Source of the DNA: Methanobacteriota archaeon
GTDB lineage: Archaea > Thermoplasmatota > Poseidoniia > Poseidoniales > Thalassarchaeaceae
Reading direction: 5' to 3'
Length of the DNA stretch: 64,000 bases
NCBI GenBank assembly: GCA_016845365.1
Contig: JAERST010000011.1
Location: forward strand, 1,044-65,043
The notes beneath the pieces were generated by a model, which saw only the letters and a list, made by a program, of their open reading frames with translations, did no database searches and was not told where the DNA came from. Each line of letters begins with the position of its first letter. Position 1 is the first letter of the stretch. Of the stretch, positions 1 through 9,623 are shown in pieces. Both the position numbers and the translations under genes were made by a program.

Positions 1-1530
1 GGTGGATTTGGGCCATATCTCATGGTAGAAATGGGTGGAATTCTCTACTTTTCAGCAGATGATGGCATCCACGGATGGGAACTTTGGAGAAGTGATGGCA
101 CAGTTGCTGGCACATATTTAGTCAAGGATATTCGTGATGAAGAATGTGAAGACGACGGAAACGGTGGTCAAACATGCAATAATTACGGTAGCCTAATCGT
201 TCACTGCTGGAATAACGACCCACGCAGTTGCCATTATCCAGAGATTGTCGCAGGAAATGAGAAATTATTCTTCACAGGATTCGATGGCATCCCGGGCACG
301 GAAACCTCTGTCGCCCTCTTTGTAAGTGATGGAACAAGCGCTGGCACACAGTTAGTCAAGCGAAGTTGGACAAACTGGAACCCTGCATTTGTATCGGAAG
401 AAGGATGGGGGGAGACGCCTGGGCCACGTTACCTTATTCCAATTCCATCAAGTGGTTTTATTCCCGATCGAGTAGTATATGCTGCGCAGGACGTGCATGG
501 AGAAATCAATTCTCCACCGACAGGAGATGAGCTCTGGATCAGTGATGGTACAGAATCAGGCACCATTATGATTGCAAATATTCAGCCTGAGGATGAATCT
601 GCGTATAATCCAGACCAAGCGGCAACTTACTGCTGCGGAGATTTCCAAGGAGGAGAACCTGCTCATTTACTAAAGAAGGGCAATACAATTTGGTTCAGCG
701 CAAATTCACTAGATTATGGCCGAGAATTATACAGATTCGGATTACAAGCGATTGGAGGAGGTCTCTTCCTGGTCGAAGACCTCGTTGAAGGCGAAGAGAG
801 TAGCGACCCGATGTGGATGACGTCTGGGAGTGATGGAGTCTACTTCTCTGCCCAAGAAGAATCCACCGGACGCGAACTCTACCACAGCCGAGGCGATGCC
901 TTCACCACTGGAATCGTCAAGGACATCAACACTGGAAATAATAGCAGCAACCCCATGTACTTCACAAAATTTGGAGATAAGGTGATGTTCACCGCTTACG
1001 ATGACGAGAATGGTCGCGAATTATGGATTTCTGACCGAACGGAGTCGGGTACATTCATGGTCAAAGATATCAATCCAAATGGATCAGCAAACCCATATCA
1101 ATTACAAATGTTGGACGGTATTCTCTACTTCATGGCTTACGAACCTGAACACGGTGCTGAATTGTGGCGTAGTGATGGAACTGCTGCTGGAACCTATATG
1201 GTCAAAGATATCAATCCCGGAAATAATAGCAGTTGGCATTTCGTCCAAAATGGCATTACTGGAACCATTTTCACAATTCACCAAGGAGAATTATTCTTCG
1301 CCTGTAATGATGGAGTTCACGGTGTTGAATTATGCCGAAGTGACGGAACCTCTGAAGGCACTATGCTAGCAGTTGATGTCAATGTAGGAGAAAATAGTAG
1401 TTGGCCGCTTCAACTGACAAGCGTTGGTGCGAAACTTTTCTTCAATCCATTCACCGAGGAGCATGGTCGTCAATTACACTACTTCTGGGATAATCCAGGA
1501 CCATTCATCAGCGAGGCTGAAGGCTCCTGA
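1..1530 (+). CDS. ELWxxDGT repeat beta-propeller surface protein (5'-truncated by window)
   Basis: Repeated ELWRSDGT/ELWISDGT/ELCRSDGT motifs with 'VKDINPG..SS.P' linkers; frame is open back to base 1. Confidence 0.85.
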   Translation, partial: GGFGPYLMVEMGGILYFSADDGIHGWELWRSDGTVAGTYLVKDIRDEECEDDGNGGQTCNNYGSLIVHCWNNDPRSCHYPEIVAGNEKLFFTGFDGIPGTETSVALFVSDGTSAGTQLVKRSWTNWNPAFVSEEGWGETPGPRYLIPIPSSGFIPDRVVYAAQDVHGEINSPPTGDELWISDGTESGTIMIANIQPEDESAYNPDQAATYCCGDFQGGEPAHLLKKGNTIWFSANSLDYGRELYRFGLQAIGGGLFLVEDLVEGEESSDPMWMTSGSDGVYFSAQEESTGRELYHSRGDAFTTGIVKDINTGNNSSNPMYFTKFGDKVMFTAYDDENGRELWISDRTESGTFMVKDINPNGSANPYQLQMLDGILYFMAYEPEHGAELWRSDGTAAGTYMVKDINPGNNSSWHFVQNGITGTIFTIHQGELFFACNDGVHGVELCRSDGTSEGTMLAVDVNVGENSSWPLQLTSVGAKLFFNPFTEEHGRQLHYFWDNPGPFISEAEGS

Positions 1531-1593
1531 AGTCGCTCTCAATTTCGGTCAGAACCGTCTTAAGCGCTCCTTCGTTGGAGTAGTAAGGTTCTG

Positions 1594-2646
1594 ATGCGTG
1601 TAGAGCACGATGTGAAGCTTACTTTTGATGATGTATTGATTCGACCGAAGCGCAGTACGCTGGTTTCGCGCTCGGACGTGACTCTGGTTCGAGACTTCAA
1701 GTTTCGACATTCTGACACAACTTGGTCTGGAGTGCCGGTCGTTGCGGCGAATATGGACACGACCGGTTTGTTCAGCATCGCAGCCGAATTGCAGAAGCAC
1801 AAGATGCTGACCTGTATGCAGAAATTCTACTCGACTCGAGAATATGCGGAGGCGTGGGAGGACGGGGTTGACCCGGAATTTGTTGCGGTTACGTGTGGTT
1901 CGACCGAGGAGTCCTTCGATTTGCTGAAGCGCAAAATGGCTACGCACGCTGGCACCAAGATGATCTGCATCGACGTTGCTAATGGCTACCGGGAGGTCTT
2001 CCTAGAGTTCGTCAAGAGGGTTCGTGGCGAATTTTCTTCGGCGATTATTATCGCCGGCAATGTTGCGACGCGAGAGATGACTGAGGCGCTGATTCTCGCG
2101 GGCGCTGATATCGTCAAGGTTGGTATCGGTCCTGGCTCGGTTTGTACGACGCGCAAGGTTGCGGGTGTTGGTTATCCTCAGCTGTCTGCTATTGCTGAGT
2201 GTGCTGATGCTGCTCATGGTTTGGCAGGGCACGTGATGGCTGATGGTGGCTGTTCGAGCCCTGGTGATGTGGCGAAGGCATTCGCTGCTGGGGCTGATTT
2301 TGTGATGCTGGGTGGTATGTTTGCCGGTCACGATGAATCTGGTGGCGAGTTGGTGACCGGCGCTAATGGCAAGCAATACATGTCATTCTACGGTATGTCG
2401 AGCGCAAAGGCAATGGAGACTCATTATGGCGAGGTTGCGAAGCACCGCGCTCCTGAGGGCAAGGAGGTTCGCGTGCCTTATCGCGGGCCGGTTGAGGTGA
2501 CTATTCAGGCGATTCTTGGTGGGGTTCGTTCGGCTTGTTCCTATGTTGGGGCGCGGCGTATCAAGGACTTGCCGAAGTGTACTACTTTCATTCGTGTGAC
2601 TCAAACTACGAATGAGGTGTATCAGCGCTTCAATGTCGAGGAATGA
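1594..2646 (+). CDS. guaC: GMP reductase (E. coli/eukaryote type)
   Basis: [49 protein letters not shown]; no CBS domains. Confidence 0.95.
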   Translation: MRVEHDVKLTFDDVLIRPKRSTLVSRSDVTLVRDFKFRHSDTTWSGVPVVAANMDTTGLFSIAAELQKHKMLTCMQKFYSTREYAEAWEDGVDPEFVAVTCGSTEESFDLLKRKMATHAGTKMICIDVANGYREVFLEFVKRVRGEFSSAIIIAGNVATREMTEALILAGADIVKVGIGPGSVCTTRKVAGVGYPQLSAIAECADAAHGLAGHVMADGGCSSPGDVAKAFAAGADFVMLGGMFAGHDESGGELVTGANGKQYMSFYGMSSAKAMETHYGEVAKHRAPEGKEVRVPYRGPVEVTIQAILGGVRSACSYVGARRIKDLPKCTTFIRVTQTTNEVYQRFNVEE

Positions 2647-2746
2647 GTGCTGAATCTTGGGCGGGCCGCGTTGGCAGGCGTGCTTGCACTCGTGTTCCAT
2701 CGACTCAATAGGCAAGAATCACATTCCTTGGTCGTCTGGACAGCTC

Positions 2747-3481
2747 GTGGAGATTCTTCTCGTCGCGGCAATTGGAGCATTTCTTGCCGCCGCGCTGACC
2801 GTTCCCGCTGGCTTTGGTCTCTCGACCATGCTAACCCCATTCGCCTTGCTTCTGATGGCCCCGCACGAGGCGGTTGCGGTGGTTGCCGTGGTTCACGGTG
2901 CGCACAATGCTGCCAAGTGCTATTCGATGTGGGATTCGGTCGACCTGAGCGCCTTTCGGCGCTACGGGGTCTGGCTGGTAATCGGGGCGATTCTTGGGGC
3001 TCTGCTGCAAAATGAGGTGCCTCAAGACCCACTTTTGGTGCTCATCGGTATCTTTCTCATCATCCTGCCAATTCTGACGATTTCAGAGGGCTGGACCGGA
3101 TATCGTATTCCTGAGGCGAATGACCGAATCGGCGGCTTTGGTTCGGGCTTCATGGGCGGCTTATCCGGTCATCAAGGAGCTCTACGAGCCATGTTCCTAA
3201 CTCGCCGCTTGCCCGACAAAATGGCCTACGCGGCAACAGCAAGCATCCTCGCACTATGCGTTGACCTCTCGCGCATTCCTGTGTATCTTGTGTTTCGCCC
3301 CGAAGAAATTCTCGCCCACTCACAGATCACAGCAGTTCTCGTCATCTCGGCAATAATCGGAGTGAGAGTGGGGAAGCGCTGGCTCGTCGCGCTGAAATCC
3401 GAGTGGATTCACAATGGAGTCATGTTCGGAATCGTCGCCAGCGGCGTCTTCTACATCGCAGAAGGCTTTGGCAAAATCTGA
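2747..3481 (+). CDS. Sulfite exporter TauE/SafE family membrane protein
   Basis: About 8 hydrophobic segments, 'PAGFGLSTMLTP' and 'GFMGGLSGHQGALR'; GTG at 2747 chosen over the ORF-track start at 2657. Confidence 0.8.
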   Translation: MEILLVAAIGAFLAAALTVPAGFGLSTMLTPFALLLMAPHEAVAVVAVVHGAHNAAKCYSMWDSVDLSAFRRYGVWLVIGAILGALLQNEVPQDPLLVLIGIFLIILPILTISEGWTGYRIPEANDRIGGFGSGFMGGLSGHQGALRAMFLTRRLPDKMAYAATASILALCVDLSRIPVYLVFRPEEILAHSQITAVLVISAIIGVRVGKRWLVALKSEWIHNGVMFGIVASGVFYIAEGFGKI

Positions 3482-3493
3482 CACTAGCCTTTG

Positions 3494-3523
3494 CCTCTCG
3501 CAGAGCACGCAGCGCACGCGGCA
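3494..3523 (+). repeat. Dispersed ~30-bp gene-end repeat, copy 1
   Basis: CCTCTCGCAGAGCACGCAGCGCACGCGGCA; near-identical reverse-complement copy at 12871-12901. Confidence 0.6.
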
Positions 3524-3583
3524 TTTCATTGGTCGGCGTGAACAACTGCGGCAAAGTGTGTAGCTTCTCAAGCCTTGAATCGC

Positions 3584-4057
3584 CTAAATGTCGAGGACGA
3601 CTTGAGCCATCCATCCCGGCCCTTCGAAGGTCGGAACACCCTCGACTCCCTCAACAGTCTCGCCATCGCCTACTTCGCGAACTTCGAGGTCGTGCAGGGT
3701 GATCGCCTTGACTTCGACCTCGAGTTCGACATCGCGCGCATCTACCCAAAGCACCTGCGCGCGCAAGCAATCATCTTCGATTACCAAATCGCATTCAACC
3801 AACCATCTATCCTCGGCAGACCCATGATAGAGGACCTCTTCGAGCCATCTCACAAGTCCGCGTTCGAGGTCACCTGTCGGCGCTGACACGGCCCACTCGC
3901 CCACGTGGCGGATGTGGCCGTCGAGCAGCGCCGCGCCGCGCTCAGACATCTGAATGCCTTGCAATGCGAGCGCGGCCTCCCTCAGCAGCCCACCCGGGCT
4001 GCTGGCAAATGCTCGAAAGCCGATGTCCGCAGTTGTCGGCATCACCCACCAAGACAT
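3584..4057 (-). CDS. Archease (RtcB activator)
   Basis: N-terminal TTADIG, EVKAITLH, C-terminal 'AQVVLDI'. Confidence 0.9.
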   Translation of the reverse strand: MSWWVMPTTADIGFRAFASSPGGLLREAALALQGIQMSERGAALLDGHIRHVGEWAVSAPTGDLERGLVRWLEEVLYHGSAEDRWLVECDLVIEDDCLRAQVLWVDARDVELEVEVKAITLHDLEVREVGDGETVEGVEGVPTFEGPGWMAQVVLDI

Positions 4058-4119
4058 CGGCTCACCTGTCTACGCGAGCGAGGCACAGGGCATGAATCCT
4101 GAGGGCGAGCGAGTGTGCA

Positions 4120-7100
4120 TCAGTTATTGGTACACAGTTCACCCTGACTCGGGAAGCTTGTCGGATCCTTCGGATTCGTGTTCCATTTATTCTCGCATTT
4201 ATTCATGTAGCCGTCGCCGTCGGAATCGATGTGCGCGTCGGCAGGGTCGAATGGATCGAAGTCGAAGTAGAACTCCCAGCCTGACCACATTCCATCATCA
4301 TCGTGATCTTGGTGGTAGACCTCTGAGCCGTCTGCCCAGCCATCTCCATCGGTATCGGCAAGGACTGGGTCGGTTCGGTTTTGGAATTCTTCGTAATTCG
4401 TGTAATTCTCCAAATCATCGTAGAAATTTCCACCCTTCGTTGTCGTTGGGTCAATGTGACACTCCGCGTCCTGCGGGTCATCCGACCCCGGACAATACCG
4501 GTTCAGAAGATGCGTTCTGTTGAGACCGTCGCCATCGAAGTCTTCGGCACCATCATCGATGCCGTCGAGGTCCGAATCTGGCATTCGTGGGTCCATCGGA
4601 CCTCGGGCCCCCAATGCGTCGAGTGAGTTATTGTCGACGAGGCCGAGGCTGATTGCGCGTTCTGAGGCTGAGACCTCCCAGCCGTCTGCTAGCAGGTCGC
4701 CGTCTGTGTCATCGTCGACTGGGTTAGTGTCCCAGCGGTCGGGCGCTTCGAGAGCGTTGAGAAGCGTGTCGTTATCGATGTCGAAGTTCGAGTCGGGCAT
4801 CGAGCCGAATGAGGGGTCAAGAGCCCAGCGCCCGTTATTCGGAATTGTAAATCCGGTGAGATTCATCTCGTAGATGAAGTACTTCGGATCGAGGATTCCG
4901 TCACCGTTGCGGTCGCCAGAGGTCTGGAAGCCCTTCAGGTAACTATCCCAGACCCAGCCGCCCGGACCAAGACCGCACTCTTGCATGCTATCGCAGCCGA
5001 GTGGTAGCCAATTCGAGGTGGAAATCCACAGGCTGTGGGAATTGGTATTGTGTTGCACTGAGAAGACCTGCATCTCCCAGCCGTCGGGCTGGCCGTCATC
5101 GTCGGTATCATTGTCGAGCGGGTTTGTTGCGGTCTGCCATGGACGAGGGATGTGTAGAACCTCGCCACCGTCGTTCAAGCCGTCATCATCGGTGTCGGCA
5201 TTATTTGCGTGAGTGATGTATTGGTCGGCACCGTTGACGATTTCTTCACCATCGTCCAAACCATCGTTATCGGTGTCGAACATCGAGGCGTTGGTGTAGT
5301 AGACAGTACCATTCCACACGAATCCGTCAACCGCCTCGGTGAAGTCTTCGAGGCCGTCTGAATCGGTGTCCTTATCGGTTGCATTGGTGAAAGTCTCGTA
5401 GTATTCTACAGCATCTGAAAGGCCGTCGCGGTCTGTATCGTACACGCCCGGGTCAGACCGCACAACTACGTCTCTGACGCCGACATCGACGACTCTAATC
5501 GTCCAGCCTATGACTTCGATTCCGTCGATGAGGCCGTCATTATCAGTGTCTGCGACTAGCGGGTCGGTGGAGCGACCGTCGACGATTCCGTCGCCATCGC
5601 GGTCGCGAGCATTGTACTCGTCGAGGTTGGTAAAGCGCTCGTGCTCCTCGACAATTGTCGCGAGATCTTGCAATCGGCTAGTGACTTCTTGGCCGACATT
5701 GACATTGATCGAGTAAACGTATCCAGCTGTTGGATTCTTGACTGGGATGTTGACGTATTGGCTTTCTTGAACCGTGCGAACCCACATGATAGTGCGGTTG
5801 ACTTGCACGTAATCTCCAACCTCGACCACGATGTTGTGAACTGTTGAGACTCCAACCATGTCGGTGTAGCGAACGGCTCCGTCGCCGTCGGCATCGTAGC
5901 CGTCGAAGTCGGGGTCGTCCTCTGCATTGCTCCCATCATTAGGGTGGATGCCGGAGTGGTATTCCCATCCGTCCGGCATTCCATCGTTATCGGTGTCAGC
6001 CACTAGTGGGCTGGTGAAATTGATTGGACCCCATGTGTAAGCGACCTCGTACTCCTCGACATTGTTCAAGCCGTCTTCGTCACCATCGCCGTAGGCGTCG
6101 GTTGAATTTGCTGGGTCGAGGAGAGTATTGTAACAATACTCGAAGCCATCGGGCATGCCGTCTCCGTCAGTATCCCAATCGCCAGGCCCGTTGAGGCGAC
6201 CGTCACCGTCCATGTCCTGATTGAACCAGGTTAGGTCGCCAACACCGCTCATCAAATCGGTGTAAGGCGCGACCATGCGGATGGTTCCGAATTGTGGAAC
6301 ACCGCAATGGACTTGCAGGTCGAGGCTGCCGTAGCCGACCTCGACGCGATCAGGGATTAGGTCGAGGTCGCTGTCTTCCTCGAGCGGATTGGTATCGTAG
6401 ATTTCCTCGAGGTAATTCGGCAGGGAATCAGGACCCTGTCGGTCGATGTCGAGAACCGAATCGCAGGAGTGATCTCCGTTAGGACCGACAGGAAGTTCGT
6501 TCCAAGTCTTCGTGCCGATGATGAGTTTCATCTCAGCTTCAACCTGAGGTGTTAGGAGCGGGCAACCCCAGTTAGGGTCGAGTGGGTCGAGAAGGACGAC
6601 TTCGCCCTGTGGAGTTTGGACGACCTCGGTGTAGAGCGATTCCCAGCGGTCGTTGAGACCGTCACCATCGCTGTCGCGGACGGTTGGATTGGTTCCGATT
6701 GCAGCTTCCTGCTCATTGGTCAAACCGTCGCGGTCTGGGTCGCCGAAGCGGCCATTGTCTGGGTCGGGGAATGTCTCGTTCTGTTCGCCGGTTTCTTCTT
6801 GCTCACCCGGACTGACAACATCCGTCTCGCCTTCTTGAGGCTCACCATTGTCGAGTGGGTCTAATCCGTTCTGGATTTCCCAACCATCTTCCATGCCGTC
6901 TCCGTCGGTGTCATTATTGCGCCAATCGGTTCCGTAGAGAGTCTGTTCCATCCTATCTGGAAGACCATCATTGTCGAAATCTTCACCGCCTTGTTGAACC
7001 TCAGGGCCGGTGATAATAACGTCGTTTCCGGCCGGGTCAAAACCGCCGGATTCGGTGGTTGAAAGACCGGCGTCAATAATCGTGTAGAATCCTGCTAGAC

Positions 7101-7161
7101 AGAGCGTCGCTGCTATCGCTGCGACCGCGTATTGATTGTGGTTCAAAGCCAAATTCCTCAC
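4120..7161 (-). CDS. Membrane-anchored acidic protein with many DxDxDG (thrombospondin-3-like/Ca-binding) repeats and an inserted biotinyl/lipoyl-like domain
   Basis: N-terminal hydrophobic helix; many DTDxDG(L/M)xDGxE...(T/L)xP repeats. Confidence 0.8.
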   Translation of the reverse strand: MRNLALNHNQYAVAAIAATLCLAGFYTIIDAGLSTTESGGFDPAGNDVIITGPEVQQGGEDFDNDGLPDRMEQTLYGTDWRNNDTDGDGMEDGWEIQNGLDPLDNGEPQEGETDVVSPGEQEETGEQNETFPDPDNGRFGDPDRDGLTNEQEAAIGTNPTVRDSDGDGLNDRWESLYTEVVQTPQGEVVLLDPLDPNWGCPLLTPQVEAEMKLIIGTKTWNELPVGPNGDHSCDSVLDIDRQGPDSLPNYLEEIYDTNPLEEDSDLDLIPDRVEVGYGSLDLQVHCGVPQFGTIRMVAPYTDLMSGVGDLTWFNQDMDGDGRLNGPGDWDTDGDGMPDGFEYCYNTLLDPANSTDAYGDGDEDGLNNVEEYEVAYTWGPINFTSPLVADTDNDGMPDGWEYHSGIHPNDGSNAEDDPDFDGYDADGDGAVRYTDMVGVSTVHNIVVEVGDYVQVNRTIMWVRTVQESQYVNIPVKNPTAGYVYSINVNVGQEVTSRLQDLATIVEEHERFTNLDEYNARDRDGDGIVDGRSTDPLVADTDNDGLIDGIEVIGWTIRVVDVGVRDVVVRSDPGVYDTDRDGLSDAVEYYETFTNATDKDTDSDGLEDFTEAVDGFVWNGTVYYTNASMFDTDNDGLDDGEEIVNGADQYITHANNADTDDDGLNDGGEVLHIPRPWQTATNPLDNDTDDDGQPDGWEMQVFSVQHNTNSHSLWISTSNWLPLGCDSMQECGLGPGGWVWDSYLKGFQTSGDRNGDGILDPKYFIYEMNLTGFTIPNNGRWALDPSFGSMPDSNFDIDNDTLLNALEAPDRWDTNPVDDDTDGDLLADGWEVSASERAISLGLVDNNSLDALGARGPMDPRMPDSDLDGIDDGAEDFDGDGLNRTHLLNRYCPGSDDPQDAECHIDPTTTKGGNFYDDLENYTNYEEFQNRTDPVLADTDGDGWADGSEVYHQDHDDDGMWSGWEFYFDFDPFDPADAHIDSDGDGYMNKCENKWNTNPKDPTSFPSQGELCTNN

Positions 7162-7234
7162 CTGGCCCCATAAGGGGCCATTCGGTTGACCTATGGGATG
7201 AATATAATGTTTCAGCGAGAGCGCATCTGAAGCA

Positions 7235-8344
7235 TCATTCCGCTAGGGTTACGGCTGAACCTACAGAAAGGCGTACTGCGCCACTGTTGAAAGTGCACTT
7301 AAGGTGTCCTCGGCGTCCGTAGGCGCGTTCCCAACATGCGAGTAGGACACCACCTGCGAGGGCGGGGTGAAAACAACCGTTGAGTGTTAATTCTACTCCG
7401 CCCTGAGAGTCGGATTGACTCGCGGATTCAACCTTGCCCAGGCCATGGAGGCCGAGGTGTCGGGAGGAGATGTTTAGCCAATCCTCGGGTTGAGAAACTA
7501 AGATGTGAATTCCAGATTCGAAGACACTTTGTCGCATCGAATCCGCCGCGGCTGTCCACCACGCAATTCGCTGCTCATCCTCAAGCGGCCAAACCATGTT
7601 TTTGCGACCATCTTTGATTCCGTCGAGGTATGGAATGCAAAATTCCTCGAAGCGCAGAATGAGATCTCGATGGATGACCATTCTGCGCTCTTGTAGATTT
7701 GACCACACTGAGTTTGACTCGATTCGAAGGTCTTCCCAAGCCAATTCTATTCGATCTAAATCAGTCAATCCTGGGTTTGAGTCCCGCCATGGAATTGGCA
7801 TCTCATTCGGAGCCGGTGACTCCAGATGGTCGGGTTCGAGCGAGACGACCAAGCCCTCCTGCGCATTTTGTGACCAAACGAATTTGTGGCGCTGGCCGGT
7901 TGCCCTCTCCCAAGAAGCTGTGATGAGGCCAGCGCAGATAGCCGAAGAAGCAGGATGTTCGATTAGAATTCGTGTGGACTCATCATCTTCGAGCGAAGAG
8001 TATCTCCCGAGCCCTCGGCTTTGCCAATCCCGTTGAGAGTCTGCCCAATTCGAGAGGTCACGCCCGCTTGGGGCTGCCAATCCTGCCGTATTCAGCATGA
8101 ATTCCTCGTGTTCGAGGGCAGAGTGAGCGAGCCTGCGTCCAAGGCTTTGGCCGAGGCGTTGTTCGAGGCCGTGAAACCAAAACTCGAATCCGCGGACTGA
8201 GAAAATTGCGGAAGCATTGTCTGGAGCTTGGGTTCGCAACGAATCCCGGATTGTGCCGTCTTCGTGGTGAACCCAGCGTTTCTGAATTAATTCAGCTGGG
8301 TCGGCGGGGATTTTGTCGCGCTTGAGGAAGTCGAAGAATCCCAT
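7235..8344 (-). CDS. Hypothetical protein with two V4R/Bet3-like domains
   Basis: Duplicated GLG(R/K)...(C/L)AG....(S/C)WERA.G motif; ATG at 8344. Confidence 0.55.
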   Translation of the reverse strand: MGFFDFLKRDKIPADPAELIQKRWVHHEDGTIRDSLRTQAPDNASAIFSVRGFEFWFHGLEQRLGQSLGRRLAHSALEHEEFMLNTAGLAAPSGRDLSNWADSQRDWQSRGLGRYSSLEDDESTRILIEHPASSAICAGLITASWERATGQRHKFVWSQNAQEGLVVSLEPDHLESPAPNEMPIPWRDSNPGLTDLDRIELAWEDLRIESNSVWSNLQERRMVIHRDLILRFEEFCIPYLDGIKDGRKNMVWPLEDEQRIAWWTAAADSMRQSVFESGIHILVSQPEDWLNISSRHLGLHGLGKVESASQSDSQGGVELTLNGCFHPALAGGVLLACWERAYGRRGHLKCTFNSGAVRLSVGSAVTLAE

Positions 8345-8366
8345 GCCGTTCAACAACCCATTCTAA

Positions 8367-9566
8367 TCAGCCATTGATGAATTGGTCGATGCGGTCGAAT
8401 GCCGTAGCAAGAACTTCGACCGGCGGCAGGCAGACCATGCGGAAATGACCGGCTCCGAACTCAGGAGAGAAGCCTGAGCCGTGAACGACGAGCACGTGAT
8501 GCTGGTGAAGAAGATCGAGAACCCATTGTTTGTCGGAGGCTGCCCGCTCATCGGTGATTCGCACAAAGAGATAGAATGCGCCGCCGGGAGCCTCACACTC
8601 CAGCCCCTCGATTGCCCCAATCCTCTCCATACAATAGTCGAGTCGCTCCTTCACCTTCGCACGGTGCCCCTCGAGCCAACCATGCTCATCGCTCAGACCG
8701 GCAAGATAGCCGTGCTGAGCAGGAGTCGAGGCGCAAAGTCGGCTGCGCAGCAGCCGTTCGACCCCGTCACGAACCAGCCCAAGCCGCCCCGCGGGGTCGT
8801 GCCAAGCCATGTATCCAATCCGCCAACCGGGAGCGAAGTAGACCTTCGAGACACCGTTGAGGGCGATAACCGGAACATCGTTTGAGCGCGAGGCAACAGA
8901 GACTAGCGAGCCGGTGAAGTCGAGCCCGTCGTAGATTTCGTCAGCGATTATCGTGCACTTTGGCCAATCACGAGCGATGCCAATCAACGCATCGATTTCA
9001 TCAGCGGTTGCAACATTTCCAGTCGGATTATTAGGATTGATGAGAACGAGGAGTCGGACGCTGTCGTCCATCTTAGCGCGAATATCATCGAGGTCGATGC
9101 GCCAGCCGTCCGTCGGGTCCAGCCGGTACTCGACAGTCGTGGCCCCGTACATCTGAGGATATGCCATGTAAGGAGGGTAGTGAGGTCCGGGAGCGAGCAC
9201 TTTGGAGCCATGTTCAAGGAAGGCGGCGAAGATGATTTGCAGAGCTTCCGTAACCCCATGCGTGACGTAAACATCGTCCTCCGAGCACACCCAACCCTTA
9301 CCGGTTTCAGCGACCGAAATCGCTTGACGTAGAGCCGGAAGTCCGTACGATGGCCCATACCCATTATCCTGCGCGTCCAAGGCTGCCTTGTAGGCGGCGA
9401 CCATGTGATCGGGCGTTGGCAATCCCTCGTAGGCAAGCGGGTCGCCGATATTCAGTCGAATGATTTCGTGGCCTTGCTTTTCGAGTTCGACAGCGGGCAC
9501 GACCACATCGCGAATCGCATATTCGATTGCAGCGGCGCGTGCCGAGACATCGACCTGCTCAACCAT
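8367..9566 (-). CDS. PLP-dependent class I/II aminotransferase (alanine/aspartate aminotransferase-like)
   Basis: LNIGDP, INPNNPTG, DEIY, SKVYFAPGWRIGY (PLP lysine), GAFY. Confidence 0.92.
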   Translation of the reverse strand: MVEQVDVSARAAAIEYAIRDVVVPAVELEKQGHEIIRLNIGDPLAYEGLPTPDHMVAAYKAALDAQDNGYGPSYGLPALRQAISVAETGKGWVCSEDDVYVTHGVTEALQIIFAAFLEHGSKVLAPGPHYPPYMAYPQMYGATTVEYRLDPTDGWRIDLDDIRAKMDDSVRLLVLINPNNPTGNVATADEIDALIGIARDWPKCTIIADEIYDGLDFTGSLVSVASRSNDVPVIALNGVSKVYFAPGWRIGYMAWHDPAGRLGLVRDGVERLLRSRLCASTPAQHGYLAGLSDEHGWLEGHRAKVKERLDYCMERIGAIEGLECEAPGGAFYLFVRITDERAASDKQWVLDLLHQHHVLVVHGSGFSPEFGAGHFRMVCLPPVEVLATAFDRIDQFING

Positions 9567-9623
9567 GGCACGCGGGCGTGGTCACGGATGATGAATCCAT
9601 CCGACCACGCGAGCAAATTTCAT

